Assembly: GCA_051418015.1 (NCBI GenBank)
Contig: JBPRGF010000031.1
Span: 1 to 64,000 of the forward strand
Source of the DNA: Candidatus Nitrospinota bacterium M3_3B_026
GTDB taxonomy: Bacteria > Nitrospinota_A > UBA7883 > JBPRGF01
DNA: 64,000 nucleotides
Direction: 5' to 3'
Part shown: piece by piece, positions 29,570 through 38,601 of the stretch
Layout: every line of letters starts with the position of its first letter
Numbering within the stretch: position 1 is the first letter of the stretch
Translations under genes and position numbers: made by a program
The notes under the pieces: generated by a model
What the model was told of the DNA's origin: nothing
Databases searched by the model: none
Seen by the model: the letters and a program-made list of their open reading frames with translations, nothing else

Positions 29570-30919
29570 TCAGCGGCGGGGGCCGCCCTTCCCTTTTTTG
29601 CGCATGGCCTCCAGCCTCTCGGCGGCGGCCTTCTCGCGCCCCTGGTCCGAAGGCTCGTAATAACGCCTGCCGGCAAGCTCCTGGGGCAGGTATCGCTGGC
29701 CGACCCAGTGGCCGGGGTATGAGTGGGGATACTTGTAGCCTTTGCCGAACCCGAATTTTTTGGCGTCCTTGTAATGGGTGTCCTTCAGGTGGTCCGGTAC
29801 GGGGCGGCTCAACCCCTCCTTTTCGATGTCCGCGAGGGCCTTGTCCATGGCCGTGATGGCGGAGTTGCTCTTGGACGCGCAGGCGATGTGTATGACCGCC
29901 TGGGCGAGCGGGATGCGCGCCTCCGGCAGGCCCACCCTGTCCACCGCCTCCGCCGCGGCCATGGCCACAAGCAGCGCCGAGGGGTCGGCCATCCCCACGT
30001 CCTCGGAGGCTGTGACGATGAGCCTGCGGGCGATGAAGCGCGGGTCCTCGCCTCCGGCTATCATCTTGGCCAGCCAGTATATGGCCGCGTCGGGGTCGGA
30101 GCCTCTCAGCGATTTCTGGAAGGCCGAGGCATGGTCGAAATGCTCCTGGCCCATCTTGTCGTACAGGATGGCCGTGTCGCGGGCCAGCTCGTCGACGAGT
30201 TTCACGTCCACCCCGCGCCCGCCTTCGGTCTCCGGGGCGGCGAGGGCGGCCGCCTCCAAAAGGTTCAGGGCCACCCTGGCGTCGCCGCCGCTCGTCTCGG
30301 CTATCCTGTTCAGGGCCGCCTCGCCTATCTCCACGCCGAGCTTTCCCAGGCCCCGCTCCTCGTCGGCCAGGGCGCGGCGGATGACCTCCAGGACGCCGCC
30401 GAAGGAGAGCCTGTCGAGGCGGTATATCCGGCACCGGGAGCGGAGCGAGGGGATGACCTCGAAGGCCGGGTTTTCCGTGGTGGAGCCTATGACGATGATC
30501 TCCCCCTTCTCGACGTAAGGGAGGGTCGCGTCCTGCTGGACCTTGCTGAACCTGTGGACCTCGTCGATGAACAGGATCGTCCGCCGCCCCCGCGCCTTCC
30601 ATTCCTCCCGCGCCCTGCCGATGGCGGCGCGAAGGTCGGCTATCCCGGCTGTGACGGCGGAGACCTCGATGAACAGAAAATCCATCGAGCCCGCGATAAG
30701 CCGCGCCAGCGTCGTCTTTCCCGACCCCGGCGGGCCCCAGAAGATGAGGGAGGGGATGGCGCCTGTGTCTATGAGTTTTTTGAGGGGGCTGCCCTCGCCG
30801 AGCAGACCCTCCTGCCCCACGAACTCATCAAAGGATGCCGGGCGCATCCTGTCGGCAAGCGGCCTGGGGGGGCCCTTGGGCTCTCTGTCCGCCCCGCCGC
30901 CGAAAAGGTCCGGGATCAT
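29570..30919 (-). CDS. rarA: Replication-associated recombination protein RarA/MgsA
   Basis: PLADRMRP, GPPGSGKTT, FIDEVHRF, SEDVG.ADP. Confidence 0.95.
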   Translation of the reverse strand: MIPDLFGGGADREPKGPPRPLADRMRPASFDEFVGQEGLLGEGSPLKKLIDTGAIPSLIFWGPPGSGKTTLARLIAGSMDFLFIEVSAVTAGIADLRAAIGRAREEWKARGRRTILFIDEVHRFSKVQQDATLPYVEKGEIIVIGSTTENPAFEVIPSLRSRCRIYRLDRLSFGGVLEVIRRALADEERGLGKLGVEIGEAALNRIAETSGGDARVALNLLEAAALAAPETEGGRGVDVKLVDELARDTAILYDKMGQEHFDHASAFQKSLRGSDPDAAIYWLAKMIAGGEDPRFIARRLIVTASEDVGMADPSALLVAMAAAEAVDRVGLPEARIPLAQAVIHIACASKSNSAITAMDKALADIEKEGLSRPVPDHLKDTHYKDAKKFGFGKGYKYPHSYPGHWVGQRYLPQELAGRRYYEPSDQGREKAAAERLEAMRKKGKGGPRR

Positions 30920-31025
30920 CCCGCCGCGCCCGTGAAGGTCATGGTGAACATTGGGATATTCTAACCCAGCGGGCCCACGCCCGCCTCCCTGGAAGCCTTC
31001 TCCCCCGGCGGCTTTTTCGAGCCCG

Positions 31026-31673
31026 TCAGAGCAGGTTGCCTATTCTTTCCAGGTTGTCCAGCGTCTTTTCACCGGCGCGGGTGAAATAGATCACCTCCGC
31101 CTTGCCCTGGATGTTTTCGATCGGCAGCGGCCCCCACGCGCGCGAGTCGTGGCTGTTGTCGCGGTTGTCGCCCACGGCGAAGACGTATCCCTCGGGCACT
31201 TTCACCGGCCCGAAAGAGTAGTCCCTGTCATGGGCGAGGATCGTGTACTCCTTGTCCCCCATCCTCTCCCTGACAAGCGGCCAGGCGCGTGGAGCGGCGG
31301 TGACGCGGACCGGCTCCCCGTTGATGTAGAGCCTGGAGTCTTTTATCTCCACGATGTCGCCGGGGATGGCGACGACCCGCTTGACGAAAATCCTCCCCTC
31401 CGAGGCCGGGGCCTCCGGCGGGGGTTTGAAGGTGACGACATCTCCCCTCTCCGGGCTGGACCAGGTGTAGAGCATCCTGTCCACGAAAGGGACGTGGAGC
31501 CCGTACCTGGCCTTGTTCACGATGATGTAATCACCCTCCATGAGCGTGGGGGTCATGGAGCTTGAGACTATCTGGTTCGCCTCCACGGCGGCCCCCTTGA
31601 GGACGAAGACGAGGGCCAGGGCGATGGCCACGGATTTGGCGGTTTCGAATACGGCTCGTCTGGTCTTTTTCAT
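31026..31673 (-). CDS. lepB: Signal peptidase I
   Basis: SSSMTPTL, FVKRVVAIPGD, GDNRDNSHDSR. Confidence 0.93.
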   Translation of the reverse strand: MKKTRRAVFETAKSVAIALALVFVLKGAAVEANQIVSSSMTPTLMEGDYIIVNKARYGLHVPFVDRMLYTWSSPERGDVVTFKPPPEAPASEGRIFVKRVVAIPGDIVEIKDSRLYINGEPVRVTAAPRAWPLVRERMGDKEYTILAHDRDYSFGPVKVPEGYVFAVGDNRDNSHDSRAWGPLPIENIQGKAEVIYFTRAGEKTLDNLERIGNLL

Positions 31674-31730
31674 CTTTTTTTATCGGTGAACGGTCTAGGG
31701 AAGAGATTATCCCCCAGGGCGGCCGGCCGA

Positions 31731-32318
31731 TCAAGCCCGCTTTCGCAGCGGGAAGGACTCGACCACGGTGTAGAGCGCGCCCGCCGTGGCGAGCCTGCTC
31801 TCGTACAGCGCCACCTCCCCCACCGGCGCATGGCCTATGAACTCCCCCCGCAGCCTGCGGACGAGCCGGGCGATGCTGCCCCTCGCGGAGACGCTCTTGA
31901 CCCTGCCGACGGTAAGGTGCGCCGCGAAGGGGCGCTCGTCCGGCGGGAAGCCGAGCCCCTCCAGCTCTTTCGACAGCGCCGCCTCCATCGCCGCCAGCGC
32001 GCCGGTCTCCCCGCCGACGCCGAGCCAGATCGTCCTCGGCCTGTCATGGTTCGGGAAGACGCCCATCCCCTCTATCGTGAGGCTCAATGGGCCAAAGGAG
32101 GTGAGGGCTCTCTTCGCCGCTTCTATGATCGCCGGGATTTTCCCCGACGGGGTCTCCCCCAGGAATTTCAGGGTGAGGTGCATGTTCCCGGGCCGGACCC
32201 ACCGCACGGCCTCGGGCGGGATGTCCGTTTCCTCCAGGAGCCGCTCCGCCGCGGCGCGTGTCGGCTCCGGGATGTCCACGGCGAAAAAGAGCCGTTTTAC
32301 GTCGTCGTTTTTTCCCAT
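31731..32318 (-). CDS. thpR: RNA 2',3'-cyclic phosphodiesterase
   Basis: Two HxT motifs (HLTLKFLGE, AHLTVGR). Confidence 0.92.
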   Translation of the reverse strand: MGKNDDVKRLFFAVDIPEPTRAAAERLLEETDIPPEAVRWVRPGNMHLTLKFLGETPSGKIPAIIEAAKRALTSFGPLSLTIEGMGVFPNHDRPRTIWLGVGGETGALAAMEAALSKELEGLGFPPDERPFAAHLTVGRVKSVSARGSIARLVRRLRGEFIGHAPVGEVALYESRLATAGALYTVVESFPLRKRA

Positions 32319-32432
32319 GCGAAAGCTGACCCTGGCGCGGCGTCCGGACGGTTTCGCGGTTATGGTTATATGCCGTTGATTTCCCCGCCGGGTATACTAT
32401 TATCACATCATGTTTTTGGCAAGTTTTTTGGC

Positions 32433-32867
32433 ATGACACAGCCCCACGAAAGACTGAAGAGCCTGGGAGCGAAGACAGAGCTCAACTACCGGCGCCCGGA
32501 CCCCGCCGTCCTGGAGTGGTTCGAGAACCCCTTCGCCGACGGGGAGCTGAACAGGAACGGCGCGGCGCTCTCCATACACATCGAGGCGCCGGAGTTCACC
32601 ACCCTATGCCCGAAGACGGGCCAGCCGGACTTCGGCGCCATCGTCATAGACTACATCCCCAGGGAGCGTTGTATCGAGAGCAAGTCGCTGAAGCTTTACC
32701 TTGCAGGCTTCAGGATGTTCGGCGAGTTCCACGAGGCGGCGGTGAACAGGATCGCCAACGACCTGGCCGATCTTCTCGACCCGGTGTGGCTGCGCGTGGA
32801 GGGACGGTTCACGCCCCGCGGAGGAATAAAGTTCTGGCCGGTGGCGGAGATCGGGCAGGGACGGTGA
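32433..32867 (+). CDS. queF: PreQ1 synthase (7-cyano-7-deazaguanine reductase)
   Basis: PEFTTLCPKTGQPDF, ESKSLKLY, FHE, FTPRGGI. Confidence 0.95.
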   Translation: MTQPHERLKSLGAKTELNYRRPDPAVLEWFENPFADGELNRNGAALSIHIEAPEFTTLCPKTGQPDFGAIVIDYIPRERCIESKSLKLYLAGFRMFGEFHEAAVNRIANDLADLLDPVWLRVEGRFTPRGGIKFWPVAEIGQGR

Positions 32868-33022
32868 CGGCGCATGGCCGCCAAAGTTTCTTCACTTCGC
32901 GCGAAGACGCCGCTTGTCCGGGAAAGATAAAGATCGGCGGGTCTCGCAGAACCTCCCTTTGCGAGAGCAGGCCCGCGGCCGCCCCGCTGGCCCCGGCGGC
33001 GGTTTAGGATTAAACTGTTCTT

Positions 33023-33997
33023 ATGAATGAGCCAGCGCAGGAGATGGAAGCCGGGGCGCGGGCTCCGCAAAGCCGGGAGACGCGCCCCCTGTCCCCGGAG
33101 CCCGCCGCGGCGTCCCGGGCCATGCGTGGGCGCGACCCCCTCTCCTACGCGATCCTGGCGCTGTCGAGCTCCATGTTCGCCACCGGCTACATCATCGCCC
33201 GGGCCGTGGAGAAGGATGGGGGCATGGACATGTTCGTCACGCAGGCGCTTTTCGCCGCCGCCGTCTTCCTCACCTTCACCGGCAGGGCGGGCAGGCCGGT
33301 CCGCCGGGAGCACCTGGGGCCGATCCTCCTGAACGGCTGCCTGACTCCTTTCATAGTCTTCCTGGTGCTGGAAGGGTCGAGAGTGATAACCCCGTCGCTG
33401 GCGGCGATAATCGTTATCTCCAACGCCCTGCTGATAGCCCTCTTCTCCTGGGCGCTGGGACGCAAAAGGTTCACGGCGGCGCAGACGGCCTCGCTCGTGA
33501 CCGGTTTCCTCGGGGTGGTGTGGATCAGCCTCGACCGGGGCGCCCTGGGCGGGGAATTATCCGGCGTGGCCATGCTGGCCCTCGCGTCGGTCCTTGTGGC
33601 GGTGGTGACGGTCGCCGTGGAGCGGCCGGCGATGGAGCTTGGCGGGATGGTTGTGACGCGGTGGATTTTCCGGGCCGCTTTCGCCGCCGCCGCCGTGACG
33701 GTGACCGCCGCCGGGGGGATACGGTTCCACTCCATGGAGCAGACGGCGCTGGCCTTCGCCCTGGGCGTGTTCAGCATGGGCCTACCGGTCCTCTTTTTCA
33801 ACGTCGGCATGGGCAGGATCGGCGCGGCGGACGCGGCGCCTTTCAAGCTGCTTGTCCCCTTCTTCGCCCTGGGCTACGGAGTGTTGATCCTGGGTGAGGC
33901 GCCATCGGCCGGCTCGGCCGCCGCGGGGCTGGTGGTGATCTCCTCCGTGGCCGCCTACCAGCGCTTCCAGCGCCCGGCGGGGACGGCGGTTTCCTGA
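33023..33997 (+). CDS. DMT/EamA family transporter
   Basis: About 10 TM segments with EamA-type internal repeat (LGE near the C-terminus). Confidence 0.8.
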   Translation: MNEPAQEMEAGARAPQSRETRPLSPEPAAASRAMRGRDPLSYAILALSSSMFATGYIIARAVEKDGGMDMFVTQALFAAAVFLTFTGRAGRPVRREHLGPILLNGCLTPFIVFLVLEGSRVITPSLAAIIVISNALLIALFSWALGRKRFTAAQTASLVTGFLGVVWISLDRGALGGELSGVAMLALASVLVAVVTVAVERPAMELGGMVVTRWIFRAAFAAAAVTVTAAGGIRFHSMEQTALAFALGVFSMGLPVLFFNVGMGRIGAADAAPFKLLVPFFALGYGVLILGEAPSAGSAAAGLVVISSVAAYQRFQRPAGTAVS

Positions 33998-34021
33998 AAT
34001 TTCTCTTTTCGCCAGCGAGCC

Positions 34022-34771
34022 TCAGCCGGGGCCGTTTTCGCCGCCGTCGCCTGTCATCGCCAGGAAAACATCCTCCAGGTCGTCGCCGGGCCCGAGGCCT
34101 GCCTTGGCCCGCAGTTCGTCCATCGAGCCCATGGCGACAAGCTCGCCGTTGTTTATGATCCCGATCCTGTCGCACACCTCCTCGGCGGTGGACATCGTGT
34201 GGGTGGAGAGCAGGACGCACGAGCCCGCGGCGGCAAGCTCCCTGAAAAGCCCTTTCACCTGCCGCATGCCCCGCGCGTCCAGCCCCACCATCGGCTCGTC
34301 TATGATGAGGGCGCGGGGGTTGTGGACGAGGGTGGCGGTTATGATGAGCTTCTGGCGCATCCCGTGGGAGTAGTTCTCCACCAGCTCGTCCAGCCAGCTC
34401 TCCAGCGAGAACATGCGAATCAGGTCATCCTGCCTTTTCCGGGCCGCCGGACCGCCGTTGACCCTGTATATGTCCCTTATGAATTCCAGGAACTCGCGGC
34501 CGGTCAGCTTCTCGTAGATGAAAGGTTTGTCCGGGACGAAGCCCGAGGCCATCTTCGCCTCCAGCGGCTTTTCGCGCAGGTCGGCGCCGGCCACGGACAG
34601 GGAGCCTTCGGTGGGCGTCAACAGGCCTACCAGCATCTTCAGGGTGGTGGTTTTGCCCGCTCCGTTGGGGCCGAGCAGGCCGAAGACCTCGCCCGCCTGG
34701 ACGGTCAGGGTGAGGTTTTTCACGGCGACGGTCCTGCCGTAGACCTTGGTGACGTTTTTTATCTCTATCAT
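34022..34771 (-). CDS. ABC transporter ATP-binding protein
   Basis: GPNGAGKTT, YSHGMRQK, IIDEP. Confidence 0.93.
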   Translation of the reverse strand: MIEIKNVTKVYGRTVAVKNLTLTVQAGEVFGLLGPNGAGKTTTLKMLVGLLTPTEGSLSVAGADLREKPLEAKMASGFVPDKPFIYEKLTGREFLEFIRDIYRVNGGPAARKRQDDLIRMFSLESWLDELVENYSHGMRQKLIITATLVHNPRALIIDEPMVGLDARGMRQVKGLFRELAAAGSCVLLSTHTMSTAEEVCDRIGIINNGELVAMGSMDELRAKAGLGPGDDLEDVFLAMTGDGGENGPG

Positions 34772-35185
34772 TTCATGGGCCGCCTGCGGGTCGCTTCACA
34801 AATACAAGGGAGGCGCGACAAAACCTGCCACGGGCTATTTTATCCCAAACCACGCGGCGGCCGGGCCAGAGAACATAAAAAACCCCGGCCCGCGCGAGAG
34901 CGCCACCATTAAAACAAAAAGCGCCGGCCGGGGCTTTTTGCGCTTGATTTAATTCAACACCCGTGCCATCGGGGGTTTTCAGGGGTTTTTGGTTTAATTT
35001 CAACAGGATGGCATCTTATGAACACCGGCGGGGCGGGCGGGCCACGGAGAAGGTGTCGCGATACAGGACACTCGAGCGTCCCAATGAGGACACTCCCGCG
35101 GGCGAGGGACTGTAAATTACAGCGAAAGCCGCTTAATGCGACAGTCTCCTTTGCAACCGGCCTTCGGGGTTGTATACTTTTATCC

Positions 35186-35440
35186 ATGTGGACCGATATC
35201 CTGATCAAGATAGACACCTACGTCTTCCGCCTGCTCGGCCTGGCGCTAGGCATCGCCGGGAGCGCCGCCCTGCTCGTGAACAACCCCCCGGAAAAGGTCT
35301 TCAGCAACGCCTACGGCGTCCTGTTCCTCCTGATGTTCCTCGGCGTGGGGTTATACTCCCTGGCGTCGGTGACGCAGGAGGCGCTCCTTTCCCGCGGTCC
35401 GGAAAGAGCCAGGGGCGCCCGGCCCGAAAGCGGCCAGTAG
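35186..35440 (+). CDS. Small two-TM hypothetical protein
   Basis: 84-aa ORF with two hydrophobic helices and genome-like codon usage. Confidence 0.6.
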   Translation: MWTDILIKIDTYVFRLLGLALGIAGSAALLVNNPPEKVFSNAYGVLFLLMFLGVGLYSLASVTQEALLSRGPERARGARPESGQ

Positions 35441-35569
35441 CCTCCGCAACGGCGCCCCCCGGGGCCAGGCGCGGACAATGGCGGCGGCGGACGATCTTTC
35501 AAAAACGCTGGGATGCCGCGCGATGGGAGCGCATCGCCTTATGGGCCTTTTTCAGAAACCGCGGAAAAT

Positions 35570-35609
35570 AAAAAAAACCCGTGGAAGCGAGGGGGGTTAC
35601 TTCCACGGG
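35570..35609 (-). terminator. Rho-independent terminator
   Basis: CCCGTGGAAG/CTTCCACGGG stem followed by a T-run on the minus strand. Confidence 0.8.
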
Positions 35610-35687
35610 CTACATCCCAAACAAAGCTCCGAGCCATCAATCACTAAGGAGGGGGCTGAGGCCCGGCACCTTGTTTCGCACTTGCCC
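35570..35687 (-). ncRNA. Putative sigma54-dependent sRNA
   Basis: TGGCAC-N5-GTGCA promoter at 35713-35698, intrinsic terminator at 35609-35570, internal CCCCCUCCUU. Confidence 0.6.
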
Positions 35688-35835
35688 CTTGTTGAGTTGC
35701 ACCTCATGTGCCAAAATGTATGCTCTTTGATTTCAATCGGTTAACGTAACAGTAGCCGCGCCGGATCGGACAACATTGTCGTTTCTTATGACTTTTCTGT
35801 CCTGAAAGGGGTGGTGTGGCCGTTCCGGCGGCTGG

Positions 35836-36195
35836 TCAACGGGCCGCGGCGGCGGCCAGGACGACAAGCGCAAGCAGTACGGCGGGCAGATGGTTTTTCA
35901 GCCGCGCTGGCGCTGATGGAGACGCCGACCGTATCCTCCCCCTTAACGGGGGAGGATAAAGGTGGGGGTGGTTGGTTTTAATACCCCCTCCCCTGAAGTC
36001 CCCTCCCTCCAGGGGAGGGGATGAGGCTAGAAAACTCGTTAACGGCATTGTCACTCTGAGCGTCAGCGAAGAGTCTCGCAACGTATGAAACGGCGGGATC
36101 CTTCGCCGCGGAGCCTGCCCTGAGCGAAGCCTAAGGGGCTCAGGATGACAGCGTGTGAAGCCGGCATTGTTCATCACCGCGCCCTCACTTGTCAT
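35836..36195 (-). pseudogene. Probable relic of a further cytochrome paralog (REP-filled leader plus signal peptide, then stop)
   Basis: Same coupled MTS start, REP-derived HPHLYPPP and AVLLALVVLAAAAA segment as upstream paralogs, but no mature domain. Confidence 0.45.
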
Positions 36196-37270
36196 GACAC
36201 GTCAGGCAAAGCGACGACGCGTTGTTGTTATTCACCCGCAGAAACGACGGGATGAACTCGCTGCCCGGCCCGGCGGACTCCACCCCGTGGGGGTCATGGC
36301 ACGAGGCGCACTCGACTTCGTAGCCCTCCCCGGTGTCATAGAAGCGAACCTCGTTGTTGTCCGCTCTGCCGTCGCCGTTTGTGTCAAAAAACTGAAGCGC
36401 CCCGTCCGTCCCCGTGGGCGCCTTGAAGTCGTATGTGTTCGTGTCGGGAAGCTTCACGCCGACAGGATGGTCGTCGGTCAGGTCCGTCCCGATGACGAAG
36501 AGCCTGAAGTCAGGAGACATGCGGTTGGTAAAAAAATTAGTCGCGAAGCCAACACCGTGGCAGTCCAGGCACCCGTCTCCTGAGTATCCCGGGCCGGGAA
36601 CCGTCAATGCGTAATGGCCGCCTTGCGCGTTCGGCCACGTGTCGAGAAACGCGTAGTTCACGCTCGTCTCCTGCGCGGCGTTGTATCTGCCGGAGCCTGG
36701 CATGTTTATGATCGAGTCGATAGCCGTCACTCCGTCGTGGCAGGAAAGACAGGTCAGCGAGTTCACCCCCGGCTGAGTCGGGGTTTGCCCCGACGTGAGG
36801 GGGAGGTTATAGAGCGTGTACGCATTCCCTTTGTCTGTGCGGTTCCAGAGGGGCGCGTCTACCGTATTGCTCGCTCCATGCGGCGTGTGGCAGTAGACGC
36901 AGACCTCGCCGTACCGGTTGTGGGTGTGGTTAACCCATCCGCCCGGCTCCATCCCGCCGGAGTTGTATTCCACGGTCATGTTGTGGCGCGTGTTGGCGAC
37001 GCTGCCGGTGTTGGGCGCCGTGGTGCTCCAGTCATACCCCCAAGGGTTCGGAGAGTCCCACCCGTCGGCGAGGGCCTTGGGCGCGCTTATGGCAACGATT
37101 ACCAGCGCGAGGACGGCGGCGCGGAAAAGGCCCCTCGGCGGCCCTATCCTCTCCCTGCGAGGGGGAGGATAAAGGTGGGGGTGAATAAATCCAATACCCC
37201 CTCCCCTGACGTCCCCTCTCTCCAGGGGAGGGGATTTAATAGATTCTGTTATTTCTTTATCACTTGTCAT
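36185..37270 (-). CDS. Secreted pentaheme cytochrome c, OmcE-like (paralog 2)
   Basis: CVYCH, CLSCH, CLDCH, CASCH, CLTCH; signal peptide ending ALA-DGW. Confidence 0.9.
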   Translation of the reverse strand: MTSDKEITESIKSPPLERGDVRGGGIGFIHPHLYPPPRRERIGPPRGLFRAAVLALVIVAISAPKALADGWDSPNPWGYDWSTTAPNTGSVANTRHNMTVEYNSGGMEPGGWVNHTHNRYGEVCVYCHTPHGASNTVDAPLWNRTDKGNAYTLYNLPLTSGQTPTQPGVNSLTCLSCHDGVTAIDSIINMPGSGRYNAAQETSVNYAFLDTWPNAQGGHYALTVPGPGYSGDGCLDCHGVGFATNFFTNRMSPDFRLFVIGTDLTDDHPVGVKLPDTNTYDFKAPTGTDGALQFFDTNGDGRADNNEVRFYDTGEGYEVECASCHDPHGVESAGPGSEFIPSFLRVNNNNASSLCLTCHDK

Positions 37271-38384
37271 GACACGTCAGGCACAATGACGAAGCGTTGT
37301 TGTTGTTCACGCGCAGAAATGACGGGATGAACTCGCTGCCCGGCCCGGCGGACTCCACCCCGTGCGGGTCATGGCACGAGGCGCACTCGACTTCGTAGCC
37401 CTCCCCGGTGTCGTAGAAACGAACCTCGTTGTTGTCCGCCCGCCCGTCGCCGTTTGTGTCAAAAAACTGAAGCGATCCGTCCGTCGCACCCGGAGCCTTG
37501 AAGTCGTAAGTAGCGGTGTCGGGCAGTTGCACTCCGACCGGGTGGTCGTCGGTAAGGTCGGTTCCAATAACGAAAACGGTGAAATCTGGCGCGGGGACCC
37601 ATCCGCTTGGGTTGTGACAGGTTCCCTGACAAGTGGTGAGTTTGCCCTGCTTGCCGTCCAGGTCATGTATGAGTATGTCGTCGGGATTGGGCCACGTGTC
37701 GAGAAAAGCCTCGTTGTGCGCCGTCTCCTGCGCGGCGCTGTAACGGCCGGAGCCAGGCATGTTGATGATTGAATCGACCCCAACCGTCCCATCATGGCAT
37801 GAAAGGCACGTGACGGAGTTTACCCCCGGCTGTGTCGGAGCCTGGCCGGAGGTGAGGGGGAGATTGTAAAGGGTGTACGTATTGCTGGGATTCGTGCGGT
37901 TCCAGAGGGGGGCTTTGGGCATCGTGCTGTTGGCCCCGTGCGGTGTGTGGCAATACACGCACACCTCGCCGTAATTGTTCCGGGCTATGTTCATCCTGGT
38001 CTGGTCCATCGCGTCCTGATAGGGGACGGTGAGGTTGTGCCGCGTGTTGGCTATGCTCCCCGTGTTGCTGGCGGCTGATGTGGGGTCCCACCCGTCGGCG
38101 AGAGCGGCGGGGGCGCCTGCGGCGATAACGGCCAGCGCGAGGATGGCGGCGCGGGCAAAACCCGTCAACATGACGCTAATCTTCCCCCTCGCAGGGGGAG
38201 GATCGAGGTGGGGGTGAATGAATTTCATACCCCCTGTATCCCCCCTCCCTCCGAGGAAGGGGATGTTTTCGATGGTATTAATCTCATGCAGGCTCCGGGC
38301 CTCCCCCCTCAAAGATCCCTCCCGCCGGGGAAGGACGCAACAGACGTCGCGATTTAAACCGGCGCGATTTATCATAAGCGACAA
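37260..38384 (-). CDS. Secreted pentaheme cytochrome c, OmcE-like (paralog 3; true start probably downstream)
   Basis: CVYCH, CLSCH, CQGTCH (CX3CH), CASCH, CLTCH. Confidence 0.88.
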   Translation of the reverse strand: MSLMINRAGLNRDVCCVLPRREGSLRGEARSLHEINTIENIPFLGGRGDTGGMKFIHPHLDPPPARGKISVMLTGFARAAILALAVIAAGAPAALADGWDPTSAASNTGSIANTRHNLTVPYQDAMDQTRMNIARNNYGEVCVYCHTPHGANSTMPKAPLWNRTNPSNTYTLYNLPLTSGQAPTQPGVNSVTCLSCHDGTVGVDSIINMPGSGRYSAAQETAHNEAFLDTWPNPDDILIHDLDGKQGKLTTCQGTCHNPSGWVPAPDFTVFVIGTDLTDDHPVGVQLPDTATYDFKAPGATDGSLQFFDTNGDGRADNNEVRFYDTGEGYEVECASCHDPHGVESAGPGSEFIPSFLRVNNNNASSLCLTCHDK

Positions 38385-38410
38385 GCTATGTCCCTATACG
38401 AGTCAAACTA

Positions 38411-38572
38411 TGCAATACCCGCGCCAGTTTTACTCATATCGTTACAGTTTCGTAACCGCTTGAATAAATATTATTAATAAGTTGGAATGATTCCAGACCC
38501 TGCTCTGCCACGCTGTTTTCCCGGTTTTTTATTCTCATTTTTGATAACGGATTCCCGGATTTGAGAATCCGG
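38411..38572 (-). promoter_or_regulatory. sigma54 promoter (TGGCGC-N5-TTGCA, 38426-38411) with upstream activator-like site (38552-38572)
   Basis: Near-consensus -24/-12; the 21-mer is shared with 20651-20671. Confidence 0.72.
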
Positions 38573-38601
38573 GCTGTTTTTTCCGGCGGGTGGGCGACAA
38601 G

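Noticed and set aside
31686..32432. Apparent long N-terminal extension of QueF
   Set aside because: Antisense to thpR; QueF homology starts at ATG 32433.
32320..32432. PreQ1 riboswitch upstream of queF
   Set aside because: No recognisable preQ1 stem-loop plus A-rich tail in the short divergent intergenic region.
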